64,000 nucleotides of DNA, taken from IMG/VR virus record IMGVR_UViG_2908369612_000002, positions 76,744 to 140,743 of that record; one strand, 5' to 3'. This document shows, piece after piece, positions 8,718-19,406 of this stretch. The translations under genes and the position numbers were made by a program. The notes beneath the pieces are model-generated. The model was not told where the DNA came from and did no database searches. It saw only the letters and a program-made list of their open reading frames with translations. The DNA is from a virus (Duplodnaviria; Caudoviricetes). Within the stretch, counting starts at the first letter, position 1. Each line of letters starts with the position of its first letter.

Positions 8718-10466
8718 ATGGCTAGTTATAAAAACTTCACCTCAAAAAACAAGAAGCATACCAAAAACAGAACAGATATTTACGACGCAGCTTTTGAAAC
8801 TCCTCTGAATCCAGATGACAATTCAAACCTCATTGGCAAGAATATCTCCAAGTGGGCTGAGTTCACTTCATTTATTCGTTTTTATCCAGACATTTTTTAC
8901 GATATGTTAAAACCAGAGGTCGGCGGAATTGAATTGGATTTATACCAAAGAGTTATGATGAGAACCCTCAGTCGGTTCCCGCAGAACTACTTCTGTATCC
9001 CCCGCGGTGGATCTAAAACCCTCACACAAATCATGGTGGCTTACCATACAGCTATTTGCTTCCCTAATGTAACATTAGCCATTACCGCTTCCACAAAGGA
9101 ATCGGCGGTAAAAATATGGAAAGAAAAGCACGAGGAAATTTTAAGGTTTTACCCTTCCATTAAAGATGAAATCAAGAGTGAAAACTTTTCAAAAGACAGT
9201 GGTCGAGTTGAATTTCAAAACGGGGCGATCATCGATAACTTGGCGAACGCCCAATCCTCTAAGGGTTTACGTAGAAGACGTGGTTCCTTAGAGGAATCTG
9301 CCTTGATTGATAAAGATTTATACGATGATGCTATCGAGCCGATCTTTAACATCCCTCGCACAACCATGACTGGCGAAATTGATCCCGCTGAATTAAATGG
9401 TCAGATTAACCGGTTCTCTACATCAGGATATAAAAACTCAGATGAATATGAAAAAATCCTTACGATGGTTAAGGAAACTGGCGATCTTAAAGGATCCTTT
9501 GTATTCGGATCTGATTGGCGTATTCCTATTCACTTTGGTCGTCAAAAAATGTCTGTTATTAATAAAGCACGGCAAGGGAACGTAACTCGATTCCGTCAGA
9601 ACTATCTTTGTGATTGGATTGGTGCAAGTGACGGTGCTTTAATTAATATCAGTAAATTGATCAAAGCTCGGACAATTACCCACCCTGAACTTTCTTGTCC
9701 TAGAGATAAAAATAAGAACTTCTTGCTACATGAATATGTAATCGGGGTTGACGTAGCCCGCTCTGCAGCTGAATCAAACAATAAAACAGCTATCGTCGTT
9801 TTGAAGATTATCAGAAACAGCAACAACCTCATCAGGCAAGTTCAAGTAGTCAATATTATAGAACCGCCAAACGGATTGAGTTTTAAAGAACAATCAATCA
9901 TGGTAAAAAGAGTTTTCAAAAACTATGGAGGAAATCAAGATACTTCCCTCTCAAGAGTTAAAGCTGTTATTGTCGATGGAAACGGAGTCGGTGGCGGTTT
10001 AATCGACCGGTTATTAGAGGATGTTACGGATCCGGAGACCAATGAAGAACTTGGATGCTGGGCCACAATAAACACTGATCAAAAACCAGATGTCCCAAAT
10101 TCGCCGGAAATCGTTTACAACCTAAAATCTCAAGGTATTAACCAAGACATTATTACTCAATTTCTGGATTATGTAGAGTCCGGAAAATTGAAGTTGCTAA
10201 AGTCCTATGATGACATCAAGAACCAAAAAAGCATAACTGATGATGTTATGATTGAAGCAGCATGTATTCAAACTCAATTGTTCATTGACGAAGTTGCAAA
10301 CCTCAGAATTAAAAAGACACAGAATTCTTTCACTGTTGAGCAAGTTGTAAAAAGAATTGATAAGGATAGGTACAGTGCAATTGCTTATGCGCTGTATTAC
10401 ATAGCTTTATTTTTAGAAAAGGAAGAATCCGATGATGAATATTCATTTGGATTCTTTTTTAATTAG
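8718..10466 (+). CDS. yonF: Terminase large subunit
   Basis: Walker A-like PRGGSKT; nuclease domain GVDVAR and DKDRYSA. Confidence 0.9.
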   Translation: MASYKNFTSKNKKHTKNRTDIYDAAFETPLNPDDNSNLIGKNISKWAEFTSFIRFYPDIFYDMLKPEVGGIELDLYQRVMMRTLSRFPQNYFCIPRGGSKTLTQIMVAYHTAICFPNVTLAITASTKESAVKIWKEKHEEILRFYPSIKDEIKSENFSKDSGRVEFQNGAIIDNLANAQSSKGLRRRRGSLEESALIDKDLYDDAIEPIFNIPRTTMTGEIDPAELNGQINRFSTSGYKNSDEYEKILTMVKETGDLKGSFVFGSDWRIPIHFGRQKMSVINKARQGNVTRFRQNYLCDWIGASDGALINISKLIKARTITHPELSCPRDKNKNFLLHEYVIGVDVARSAAESNNKTAIVVLKIIRNSNNLIRQVQVVNIIEPPNGLSFKEQSIMVKRVFKNYGGNQDTSLSRVKAVIVDGNGVGGGLIDRLLEDVTDPETNEELGCWATINTDQKPDVPNSPEIVYNLKSQGINQDIITQFLDYVESGKLKLLKSYDDIKNQKSITDDVMIEAACIQTQLFIDEVANLRIKKTQNSFTVEQVVKRIDKDRYSAIAYALYYIALFLEKEESDDEYSFGFFFN

Positions 10467-10484
10467 AAATTGAGGAGGTGAATA

Positions 10485-12026
10485 ATGACTACACCTGAAC
10501 CACAGTCATCATATGAATTTAATACAAATTTAGCGCCGCTTGATTCGTTGTTCTTTAATGATTTATTTAACGGCATTTCTTACGACAAAGTTAAATCATG
10601 GCTGAAAGACCACAACGTTTACAATAAACAGATTAGGGATGCCTCTAAATTGCTTTATAACGCAAATGGTGTGTATAGAAACGTTATTGACTACATGGTA
10701 GCCCTCCCTACTTTAGACAGAGTTATTTTGGGATCAAGTAAAGTAGCTGATTTCAAATTGAACAAACAAAAGTTCAATCTGGCCTTAAGGAAGATCAGCG
10801 ACAAAAGTGTTGTCAGGGATGCATTAGGAAAACTCAGCAAATATGGCACTGGTTTTTATTATTTTGATTCTGTAGTGAATGATTCTTTTCCCACCACTCT
10901 AAGTGACAATGAGATCGGATCAATAACTGAATCAAATGCTATTGACGACTTTAATTGTTCCGTCCTCCCCCTTCCCCTCGATTATTGCAAAATTATCGGC
11001 AGGAAAAATTCCTCTTATCAGTTAGCTTTTGACGTCTCCTATTTTGACAAGTTCACAAGTAACGGAAGATCACTAAAGCTTAGACGATGGCCAGAAGAAA
11101 TTAGACAAGGGTATAGGGCTTATAAGAAAGATCAAAATCGAAAATGGCTAGTTCTTGATAACAATAAGACCATTGCTGTTAAAGGAAGTAGCGACATTGA
11201 AGACCAATGGGGACGTCCAATCGGTTTATCTGCATTTATTGATATGGTTTATGATGAATACTTTGTTGACACTAAACGGAACATTTTAGATGAGCTTAAC
11301 AGTACTTTAATCTACCAGACCTTCCCTGAAGGCGATCAAAAAGGTAAATCAGCTTTATCTCAAAAGCAACAGGAACAGCAGCATGAGAATATAAAAAAAG
11401 CATTAGTCGCTAAAGGAAGTGTTAAAGGTGTTAAGTTCTTCTCTTTAGCCTCTGGAACAAAATTAGACAAATTAGAAACTAATGTGGATTTCTTAAAGGT
11501 AAAAGGTGAAGACGAGCTCATTAAACGTATCACTACAAATTTAGGATTTGCTGGTTCTGCTCTCAACGGACAAGATGGTAACTACTCTTCTCAACAAACC
11601 AATATCGAGATGGTTTCTTCCCAAATATTCTCCTGGTTAGAACAAATTCAAAGTGAGTTTAACAAGGTGATAAACGCCAATATCATCAAAGATCCTCGCT
11701 CTCATATTGAGGTTTACTACCTCCCTCTTACCCACGTTAACAGGAAAGAAAAAGTCCAAAACATGAAAGACCTTTATACAAGTGGTCGAGGCAGCCTTAT
11801 TGCTTGGATAGCCGCTACTGGATGGAATCCTGATGCTTACTTATCCCTAATGGAATATGAAAAAGACGAAGGTTTTGATGAAAAGTTCCCTGTTCATGCG
11901 ACCTCTTTCACAATGAGTAAGAATAACGACAAGTCAGCCGGCGCACCTGAGATTGATAATCCGAAAAATGAAAACACGATTAAATCGAAGACAAATAACA
12001 GTAACGGAACGCCTTCTGGCTCTTGA
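10485..12026 (+). CDS. yonE: Portal protein
   Basis: 513 aa following the terminase; WGRP motif; synteny. Confidence 0.8.
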   Translation: MTTPEPQSSYEFNTNLAPLDSLFFNDLFNGISYDKVKSWLKDHNVYNKQIRDASKLLYNANGVYRNVIDYMVALPTLDRVILGSSKVADFKLNKQKFNLALRKISDKSVVRDALGKLSKYGTGFYYFDSVVNDSFPTTLSDNEIGSITESNAIDDFNCSVLPLPLDYCKIIGRKNSSYQLAFDVSYFDKFTSNGRSLKLRRWPEEIRQGYRAYKKDQNRKWLVLDNNKTIAVKGSSDIEDQWGRPIGLSAFIDMVYDEYFVDTKRNILDELNSTLIYQTFPEGDQKGKSALSQKQQEQQHENIKKALVAKGSVKGVKFFSLASGTKLDKLETNVDFLKVKGEDELIKRITTNLGFAGSALNGQDGNYSSQQTNIEMVSSQIFSWLEQIQSEFNKVINANIIKDPRSHIEVYYLPLTHVNRKEKVQNMKDLYTSGRGSLIAWIAATGWNPDAYLSLMEYEKDEGFDEKFPVHATSFTMSKNNDKSAGAPEIDNPKNENTIKSKTNNSNGTPSGS

Positions 12027-12043
12027 GAGGAGGTGACAAGTAT

Positions 12044-13201
12044 TTGAAAAGCACGATTTTAGAAATTAACAATCAGAAGAAAACCAGTGGTCAAACATAC
12101 ATCAAGTGGGTCGTTCTTGAAATTCACGAAAACAATACTCAGTTTAACAAGAATGGCATTACCTGGCTGGAGAAATACATAAACGCTAACCTTGAATCAA
12201 TCAAGTTAATGCCAATTTGTGCAGAGTTCTTGGATGATGAAAACAGTGAGCCATTCGGACACGGGTTAACAGAAGTCAAGGACGGTACCCCGCTCTTTGA
12301 AAACAGCGCAGTGGTTGGTACGACTACCAATGCTTACATTGACACTATAGATGTTAATGGTGAGCCAAAAAGAGTGTTAATAGCCGAAGGCTTCCTATAC
12401 AACCAGCGCTACCCTAAATTTGTTCAATGGTTAAAATCAAAAATGTTTGATGGTGATTTCCCTGAAACCTCTGTTGAGATAGCAGCTGTAGAAGGGTCAC
12501 ATGCAATTGAATATGAAGGTGGCTGGAAAGAGCAAGGGCGTATACCTATGAAGTTTGACTTTACAGGTGATGCAATTTTAGGTATCGATCCTGCAGATGA
12601 CGCTGCCATTTTACTTGAATTAAACAGTAACAAAAAGGAGGATAATTTAATGCCAAAATCTCAAGAAGAAGTAGTCCTTGAGTTAAACAACAAACTTGAT
12701 AATAAGAATAAAGAAATTGGAGAGTTAAATCAAAAAGTTGAGCAACTTACTGAGGACTTAAAGCAAAAAACTGAAGAACTGAATGCCGCTGTTAAAGCTG
12801 CAAAGGATGAAAAAGCTAAGGCTGATGCAAAAGAAAAAGAAGCGCAAAAAGCTAAGGATGAAAAAGCCAAGGCAGATGAAGAGCTTAATTCCCTAAAGGA
12901 ATTCAAAAACAAGACGGTAGCCGAAAAGATGCAAGGAGAGCTTAACCAAGCTTTAAAGGAATATTCTCCTGAAGAAAAGGATGTCGCAAAAGAGAAAATT
13001 GAAATGTTCTCTAAGTCCCCTTCTGTCGAGCTTAAAAACGAAATTATTTCTGAAATCAACTCAGCAATCGCTCGATCCTTCATCGCTGAACGCTCAAAGA
13101 AGCAAGCTTCTGAGACTAATAGCAATACAAATTTCGATATTTATTCTGAAGTTCAAGATTCTGGACAGCAAGGTTCAGTGACAATTGATGATCTTTATTA
13201 A
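12044..13201 (+). CDS. yonD: Prohead protease/scaffold protein
   Basis: Protease-like N-terminus (HG...TSVEI) plus coiled coil; TTG start after GGAGGTG. Confidence 0.7.
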   Translation: MKSTILEINNQKKTSGQTYIKWVVLEIHENNTQFNKNGITWLEKYINANLESIKLMPICAEFLDDENSEPFGHGLTEVKDGTPLFENSAVVGTTTNAYIDTIDVNGEPKRVLIAEGFLYNQRYPKFVQWLKSKMFDGDFPETSVEIAAVEGSHAIEYEGGWKEQGRIPMKFDFTGDAILGIDPADDAAILLELNSNKKEDNLMPKSQEEVVLELNNKLDNKNKEIGELNQKVEQLTEDLKQKTEELNAAVKAAKDEKAKADAKEKEAQKAKDEKAKADEELNSLKEFKNKTVAEKMQGELNQALKEYSPEEKDVAKEKIEMFSKSPSVELKNEIISEINSAIARSFIAERSKKQASETNSNTNFDIYSEVQDSGQQGSVTIDDLY

Positions 13202-13241
13202 GATAAAATAACACTTTTATAGAAATTAGGAGGAATATTTA

Positions 13242-13706
13242 ATGTTCAAATTTGGCACTATTGGCGCTTATAAACAAGTGCGAAACAACCCTCGTTGCAA
13301 AGCAACTGTAGATCTAGTCCCTGGTCTCGTTGTAATCCCTAACGATTCATCAAAAAATGCATTCCCTCCAGGAGCTACATTATCTGCAAAAGGTGATGTC
13401 TATGTTGTTGGGAATATTATTGATAAGCCGGAAATCCGCAATAAAGCAGACTTCAAAATCCTGAAAGGTGAGTACGTTCTTGCTTTTAATGTAGCTGATT
13501 TAAAAGGATTGCCTATCGAGCTTAGTTCAGATTGTGTAGTTGATTATGATGCTCTTATTAAAGATGATGTATTAGTTCCTGCTGCAGACAAAACAGGTAA
13601 ATGGGTTAAAGCTGGAGACGATGTTGCAGAATTCAAAGTGTCTTTAAAAGTAGTAGAGAAAACTTCATTCGGCGGAAAAGGTTTGTACCTAACAGTACAG
13701 GCTTAA
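13242..13706 (+). CDS. yonC: Head decoration/structural protein
   Basis: Lies between scaffold and capsid genes. Confidence 0.65.
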   Translation: MFKFGTIGAYKQVRNNPRCKATVDLVPGLVVIPNDSSKNAFPPGATLSAKGDVYVVGNIIDKPEIRNKADFKILKGEYVLAFNVADLKGLPIELSSDCVVDYDALIKDDVLVPAADKTGKWVKAGDDVAEFKVSLKVVEKTSFGGKGLYLTVQA

Positions 13707-13730
13707 TTATAATTTTGGAGGTAACTATTA

Positions 13731-14837
13731 ATGTATACAGTTGAATTAAATAATGTTCAAAAAGACTCACATCATTATGCAAATGCAAAATTGAATGCTA
13801 AATCACCTATTGTAGAAATCTTTTCTGCAGTAGCAACAGGGCAAGACCTTTCTAAATTTGGTGCAAAAGCAGACGTAGCAATGAACCGTGTGAAGGAACT
13901 AGCTTCACAAGCAGTTATGGGTAACCCTGTAGCAAAAGCCGAAATCAATACAATTGTTCGTTATGCTATTGAGCCTAAACTCATTTCAGCAATTAAGCTA
14001 TTTGATTTTATGGGCACTTTTAAAACTATTGGATATGATCAACAACCAATGATGACAACTTACGCACATGAATCAATCCGAAGCCAATTCCAAGCTCCCC
14101 GTGGTGACGTACCGTTCGCTACTACAACTTGGAGCGAATATCCGATCGGGACACAAACCATTTCTTCTGGTTACGCAGTTAACTATCGTGAGATTCAAAG
14201 TGGAAACCTCGATAAAGTTGCTGAAGGTATGGAACAAGTTCAAATAGACATGATGAATAAAGCAATGTATTATGTCGTAAATGAAATGTTTAATGCGATC
14301 AAAAATGCAACAGGAGTAAAATACTTCGCTGAAACTGAAGGCATCACTAAATCTTCAGTTGATGAGACAGTCACAAAGATTCGCCGATTTGGACAACCGT
14401 CTATTGTTGGTGATTTTTCTGTTGTTTCTCAGTTAAATGATTTTGCAGGATTCCAAGCAGTTGCAGGAGATGCTACAAGCACTAAGCTTCCTCAATCTGT
14501 AATGGATGAGATTCGTAGAACAGGATTATTAAACACTTATAAAGGCTCTTCTGTTGTTGAATTGCCTAACTCGTACAATCTTACAGAATTAAATAAAGCC
14601 GGTGACAACTTCAAAACATACCTACCTGAAGGTCTTCTCTTCTTCATTCCTCAAGGTAAAAAGTCCCCACTTCAAGTATTCCAAAAAGGCGGATTGACTT
14701 CAATGAACGGTAACGATATTATCACTGGAACTGAAATCACTCGTTTTGATATGGAAATTGGTGCAGGTGTTGCTAAGGGACAAGAACATCAAATCGGTCT
14801 CATTAGAGACACTAAATATGAATTACCACAAGTTTAA
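13731..14837 (+). CDS. yonB: Major capsid protein
   Basis: 368 aa, strong RBS, followed by a terminator; synteny. Confidence 0.8.
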   Translation: MYTVELNNVQKDSHHYANAKLNAKSPIVEIFSAVATGQDLSKFGAKADVAMNRVKELASQAVMGNPVAKAEINTIVRYAIEPKLISAIKLFDFMGTFKTIGYDQQPMMTTYAHESIRSQFQAPRGDVPFATTTWSEYPIGTQTISSGYAVNYREIQSGNLDKVAEGMEQVQIDMMNKAMYYVVNEMFNAIKNATGVKYFAETEGITKSSVDETVTKIRRFGQPSIVGDFSVVSQLNDFAGFQAVAGDATSTKLPQSVMDEIRRTGLLNTYKGSSVVELPNSYNLTELNKAGDNFKTYLPEGLLFFIPQGKKSPLQVFQKGGLTSMNGNDIITGTEITRFDMEIGAGVAKGQEHQIGLIRDTKYELPQV

Positions 14838-14851
14838 ATCATTAAAAATTT

Positions 14852-14875
14852 AGGAGGGCTGTGTCCCTCCTTTTT
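14852..14875 (+). terminator. Intrinsic terminator after the capsid gene
   Basis: AGGAGGG-CTGTGT-CCCTCCT followed by a T-run. Confidence 0.75.
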
Positions 14876-14890
14876 ATTTGGAGGGATTAC

Positions 14891-15364
14891 ATGTCTTTTA
14901 ATTTAGATAAGAAAATAGCAATTAAAAATTTATGTCCATGGGATTTATATTTCAAAAAGATTGACAGCCATGGTGACTTCAGGCTACCTGCTAATGGGAT
15001 TAGACAAATCGCAGCTGGTGAAGTTCAATCTCAGGTGTATGATAATACTTCATTATTTATTGGGACTGACGGTCAAGGTACCCATGCTAAGATCTACATT
15101 GATGATAAAGAAACTCGTGTACACTTAGGGTTTGAGACTGAAGGCAAAGATGACAAACAAGAAGTTATTACCGTTGAACGAATCAAACAAATTTTGGGCT
15201 ACAAAACACAAAAAGCCTTTGAAGACAATGTACAAAAAGAAATCGTATTAGAATCTGAAAAAGCTCAATTGTTTGAAGTTGCTAAGAAAGAAAAAATCAA
15301 TGACTACAACAAAATTAAGTTCATTGAAGATTACACTGGATTTAAATTTGACGTTCAAACATAA
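14891..15364 (+). CDS. yonA: Phage structural/assembly protein
   Basis: Synteny; RBS GGAGG. Confidence 0.65.
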   Translation: MSFNLDKKIAIKNLCPWDLYFKKIDSHGDFRLPANGIRQIAAGEVQSQVYDNTSLFIGTDGQGTHAKIYIDDKETRVHLGFETEGKDDKQEVITVERIKQILGYKTQKAFEDNVQKEIVLESEKAQLFEVAKKEKINDYNKIKFIEDYTGFKFDVQT

Positions 15365-15377
15365 GGAGTGATGAACG

Positions 15378-15764
15378 ATGACTCCTTATGATAAAGTCAT
15401 AAACGTTTTCCATTCAATGTTTCAATCAAATGAGGTTCTTCCTGATGGTTTGGAGCAACAATTTTTAATGAATGCTATTGGCGAGTATGAAGGTGAGTTG
15501 ACAGAGCTTAATTATGATGAAGAAACAAACACTTTTAAAGAGCCGCCTACCTCTCCTCAAATTCAAATATTAGGAATGCTGATGTATAAAGATTATCTTG
15601 GAAGATACCGAGACAGAGCGCTTAAATTAAACAACGTTGTGGGCAGAGATATTCAATTGACAGGTTTAGCGAATACTAAAGCGCAAATTAACAGAGCTTA
15701 TGAAGATCTCGTTGATAAAATTGAAAAAAAGATGAGCAAATTAAAGGTAAATAACTTTGATTGA
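15378..15764 (+). CDS. yomZ: Head-tail connector-like protein
   Basis: Synteny, 128 aa. Confidence 0.6.
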   Translation: MTPYDKVINVFHSMFQSNEVLPDGLEQQFLMNAIGEYEGELTELNYDEETNTFKEPPTSPQIQILGMLMYKDYLGRYRDRALKLNNVVGRDIQLTGLANTKAQINRAYEDLVDKIEKKMSKLKVNNFD

Positions 15765-15773
15765 GGTGATTAG

Positions 15774-16439
15774 ATGTCTAAAGATTGGTATCTAACTTCT
15801 TCCTCAAATTATTTAAGTGGATGGGAAAACGAAGAGTTTAATTCAAACAAATACGAAGTCTTTAAAGAAATCTTAGCTAATTCACCTGAAACATACGACA
15901 TTGAATTGAACGGTAAGCCTGAGCAGGTAATAATCCAAACCACTCAGGACAGCGAAACAAAAAAAGTCCTTACAGTATTAGGGCTATTAAATCGTGGAGA
16001 CTTAATCCTTTATGACGGTAGCTATTGGTTAGTTAATTCACGTCCTACCGATAACAAAATGAATGACAGTGCTACGATGCGGCTTTGTAATTCATCGATT
16101 AGTCTAACATCATCTGATAAACTAATCGATTCCGGGAAGATTGATGAAATTACCGGGAGACCGATAAAGATTAAAGTACCTGGTGAGAAGGTTGACTTCC
16201 CATGTATTTTAGAACGAACGTCTTCAGTAATTGGGTCAGAATTGGCGATAAACATTCCTGAAGGACAAGCTCATATTACTATTCCGTTTGTAAAACATGA
16301 AAAATTAAAAAAGGGTCTTTTTCTTTCTTTTTATGGCGAAGAATACCGTGTCGATGACATAGACTATTCGAAGGTCTATGGAGACACCGGAACAATTAAA
16401 CTAATAGCCAAGAAGAAAGTTGGAGGTGATAGCGAATGA
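15774..16439 (+). CDS. yomX: Head-tail joining protein
   Basis: Synteny. Confidence 0.55.
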   Translation: MSKDWYLTSSSNYLSGWENEEFNSNKYEVFKEILANSPETYDIELNGKPEQVIIQTTQDSETKKVLTVLGLLNRGDLILYDGSYWLVNSRPTDNKMNDSATMRLCNSSISLTSSDKLIDSGKIDEITGRPIKIKVPGEKVDFPCILERTSSVIGSELAINIPEGQAHITIPFVKHEKLKKGLFLSFYGEEYRVDDIDYSKVYGDTGTIKLIAKKKVGGDSE

Positions 16440-16942
16440 GTATGATGGTTGAACATATGACTAAGATTTTCAGGACTGTCATTGATGATAAACCGTTAAA
16501 TCGCCTTTTGTATTATAAAGATGATCCTCTATCCCCTTCTCTTCCTGACGTTCAAACACTGGACAATTATTATGATCCAGTCGATGACTCGTCTTCGATT
16601 ATGAAGACCATAATTAAACGTGCTCCCAAAACAGACGATCTCATTAACACACCTATCTGTAGACTATGTATTTATCTAGGAAACGCAATTCCAAAGCCTT
16701 CTAATCAAAGTATAATGTTGCTTAATCAGGATTTAATGATTGATGTATACACTCACATCAACACATATGAAGAGACTGAATTCAGAAACTTAAAGATCAC
16801 AGATCGAATATCTTCTTTGTTTTTCAATCAGAATATAGCTGGCTTCGGAGTAAATGTAAACTATAATCGTTTATTGATAAGCAATGCTCCTGATGGGTAT
16901 TTAGGGTACAAGATGATTTTTACATTTGGAGCAAGTAAATGA
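16436..16942 (+). CDS. yomW: Tail completion-like protein
   Basis: ATGA overlap; synteny. Confidence 0.6.
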   Translation: MSMMVEHMTKIFRTVIDDKPLNRLLYYKDDPLSPSLPDVQTLDNYYDPVDDSSSIMKTIIKRAPKTDDLINTPICRLCIYLGNAIPKPSNQSIMLLNQDLMIDVYTHINTYEETEFRNLKITDRISSLFFNQNIAGFGVNVNYNRLLISNAPDGYLGYKMIFTFGASK

Positions 16943-17649
16943 ATGAATTCAAAGACTTTTTCTTCTTAGGAAAACCCATTAATACAGAGATCGGTGAACT
17001 GGATTTTATTCGTTTGAAAGAATATCCCGATTACATAAGTGCCTTGAATATGATGAAAATGAGTAAAAAAGAAATCATTCGGGAGCATTCAAAATTTAAT
17101 GAAGACGGTTCTCTAGATGCATTAATCATTGAATTGAAAAAGAGAAGCCTGTTCGATATCGTTCATTCTCTTCTTCCCGAATTCAGTGAGGCATACTTCA
17201 AGGTTTTGTCCAGAGTTGTTAAAGATACAGAATCATTGCAAACTATCGACAAAAAAATATTCAACAACATCAGAAAGCTGATATTGGATATGCATTGTCT
17301 CACAGAAGATAAAATCATTGATAATGCGGAGCTTCAGGAGTTTCATGATATCAGTAAAACATTAAAACAACAGGATTCGCAAAACGATTTAAAAGATATT
17401 GCAAGTTGTGTGGCTGCTTTTAATGGTTACACATACGAAGAAATTTCGGAAATGACAATGTACCAGCTTTATCTTTCGTATTACAGAATGAGCGAAGTGA
17501 TGAATTATAACACCTCAACATTATTTGCTACAGTCTCTCCAGATGTAAAAGTCGGTGATTGGAGTAATCATGTTGATCTTTATAAAGAAGAAACATATCA
17601 CCTTGACTCAAAAGAAGCTAAAAATATTGAGAAATTGTTTGGAGACTAA
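16939..17649 (+). CDS. yomV: Phage protein
   Basis: ATGA overlap; 236 aa; synteny. Confidence 0.6.
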   Translation: MNEFKDFFFLGKPINTEIGELDFIRLKEYPDYISALNMMKMSKKEIIREHSKFNEDGSLDALIIELKKRSLFDIVHSLLPEFSEAYFKVLSRVVKDTESLQTIDKKIFNNIRKLILDMHCLTEDKIIDNAELQEFHDISKTLKQQDSQNDLKDIASCVAAFNGYTYEEISEMTMYQLYLSYYRMSEVMNYNTSTLFATVSPDVKVGDWSNHVDLYKEETYHLDSKEAKNIEKLFGD

Positions 17650-17691
17650 AAAACTAGTCTCTTTTTTTATTAAATTATAGGAGGAAACAAC

Positions 17692-18483
17692 TTGGCAAAA
17701 CAAACAGTTATCCATGAAGTTGGTAAGATTTTAGCAAAAAGAATAAGCGACAATAAGGTCGTTGCTTCTGCTGTTACACAAATGACTCAATTCTCCCAAC
17801 AAGTTCAACAAGATTTTTTAAAGGGCGGATGGGGAAACCGTGACCTTTACGTTATTAACTCAAGCAAAGAAGTTTCCGGGAATGTCCGTAATGCATTCTT
17901 CGATTTAGATTTTATGGCCATGCAACAAGGTGTAAAAATTGAAAACGAAACTATTTCTGTATGGGAAGATGAAAATTTAACAGTCAGTGATTCTGGAACA
18001 GTTACCCTCGCTTACCTTCCATTGTCCAAAGTTTCTTTGACTAATGAGGAGGGGGAGCAACAAGAAATAGATTCCTCTTCTCAAACAGTTACAGTTCCTG
18101 AGATTTTCGCTGCTAAAGGAAAATCTGTTACAGCTCATTACCAAATCGAAGTTGAAGCAGAAACTGTTGAAATCAGTGGTGAAAAATTCTCCGAGAACTA
18201 CTACTTCGAAATCCACACTATTGAATACGATCCTAAAACCTCTAAGATTTACAGCGACCTCTACATTCAACTTCCTAAGGTTAACTTCTCTGGTGAAGCA
18301 GACATGTCATTTGAAGCAGGTTCTGCATATACACCTGAAATCGGATACCGTGCGCTTGCTGATGATAATGGTAAGATAGGTAATTTCGCACGTGTCAAAC
18401 GTAACCCTGATGGAACAAAGGGAATTAAAACCGATCAAGATGAGACCACGAAAAGTAGTGTAGACATAGGAACAACAAAATAA
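17692..18483 (+). CDS. yomU: Major tail tube protein
   Basis: Beta-rich 263 aa; strong RBS; synteny. Confidence 0.7.
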   Translation: MAKQTVIHEVGKILAKRISDNKVVASAVTQMTQFSQQVQQDFLKGGWGNRDLYVINSSKEVSGNVRNAFFDLDFMAMQQGVKIENETISVWEDENLTVSDSGTVTLAYLPLSKVSLTNEEGEQQEIDSSSQTVTVPEIFAAKGKSVTAHYQIEVEAETVEISGEKFSENYYFEIHTIEYDPKTSKIYSDLYIQLPKVNFSGEADMSFEAGSAYTPEIGYRALADDNGKIGNFARVKRNPDGTKGIKTDQDETTKSSVDIGTTK

Positions 18484-18510
18484 ACAAAATAATGATAGGA
18501 GTTTGATATC

Positions 18511-18975
18511 TTGGCACTTTTGAATAAAGACGGAGACATATATACTTCAGCTAGAGACGATGGAACTGGAAAGCCGATCACTGACATCCATCTTAAATCA
18601 CAAGAAAAACCACTACAGGTGGACTTCCCTCAAACTGGCTTGGATGCTATCAAAGGGATACAAGTACAATCCCCTTCCGTAACAGTGAATGAAAAAGATC
18701 CAGGCTTCTCCTCTTTTAAGACGGATAAATTCAAAGTGACTTCAACAGCCCAAAAAGTTACCGCAGGCATAACTGACAGGACAACCCTTACTGTATACCC
18801 TCCTTCAGAAGGAACAATTTACATTGGGAACTCTAATGTAACGGCTGATACAGGTATTCCTTTGGCAGCTGGTGAAAAACCATTCTCAGTCCCTGTCGCA
18901 GAAGGAAAAACACTTTATGTTTATGTAATTAATGACGGTACTGACAGAGATGTAAGAGTATTTGAAGCTAAATGA
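18511..18975 (+). CDS. Phage structural protein
   Basis: ORF with RBS in the tail cluster. Confidence 0.6.
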   Translation: MALLNKDGDIYTSARDDGTGKPITDIHLKSQEKPLQVDFPQTGLDAIKGIQVQSPSVTVNEKDPGFSSFKTDKFKVTSTAQKVTAGITDRTTLTVYPPSEGTIYIGNSNVTADTGIPLAAGEKPFSVPVAEGKTLYVYVINDGTDRDVRVFEAK

Positions 18976-19046
18976 TTTTTGAGGGGGTCTCTCCCCTCTT
19001 CATATTTAAATAAAAGACAGTTTTTATACAAATTAAGGAGGTAGAG

Positions 19047-19406
19047 ATGTTGCCAGAAACCGATGACAATATTTTGAGAACCATACCAGATAAAACAACC
19101 TTTACATTTCACGAAGCAACAACTGCCCCGTCTGAAGGTGAAGAATTTTCAGTATCACATTTTCGGGATATTACTGTTAAGATCTCTGGTTCCTCAACTA
19201 CAAGAGAATTAAAATTCTTTGCGATAGATGAAAATGGTGAAAAAACGGAGCTTGCTGGAACAAACAAAACAGACTTTCAATTAGGCACAGGAACATTAAA
19301 CACTAATGAGAATTGGGATTTTGAAATAGCCGGCTTGTTTAAATTTATGGTTGAAGTAATTTCAGTTAATGGTGATGTTACTGTAAAAGGAATTGCGGTG
19401 AGTTAA
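19047..19406 (+). CDS. yomS: Phage tail-associated protein
   Basis: 119 aa; synteny. Confidence 0.6.
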   Translation: MLPETDDNILRTIPDKTTFTFHEATTAPSEGEEFSVSHFRDITVKISGSSTTRELKFFAIDENGEKTELAGTNKTDFQLGTGTLNTNENWDFEIAGLFKFMVEVISVNGDVTVKGIAVS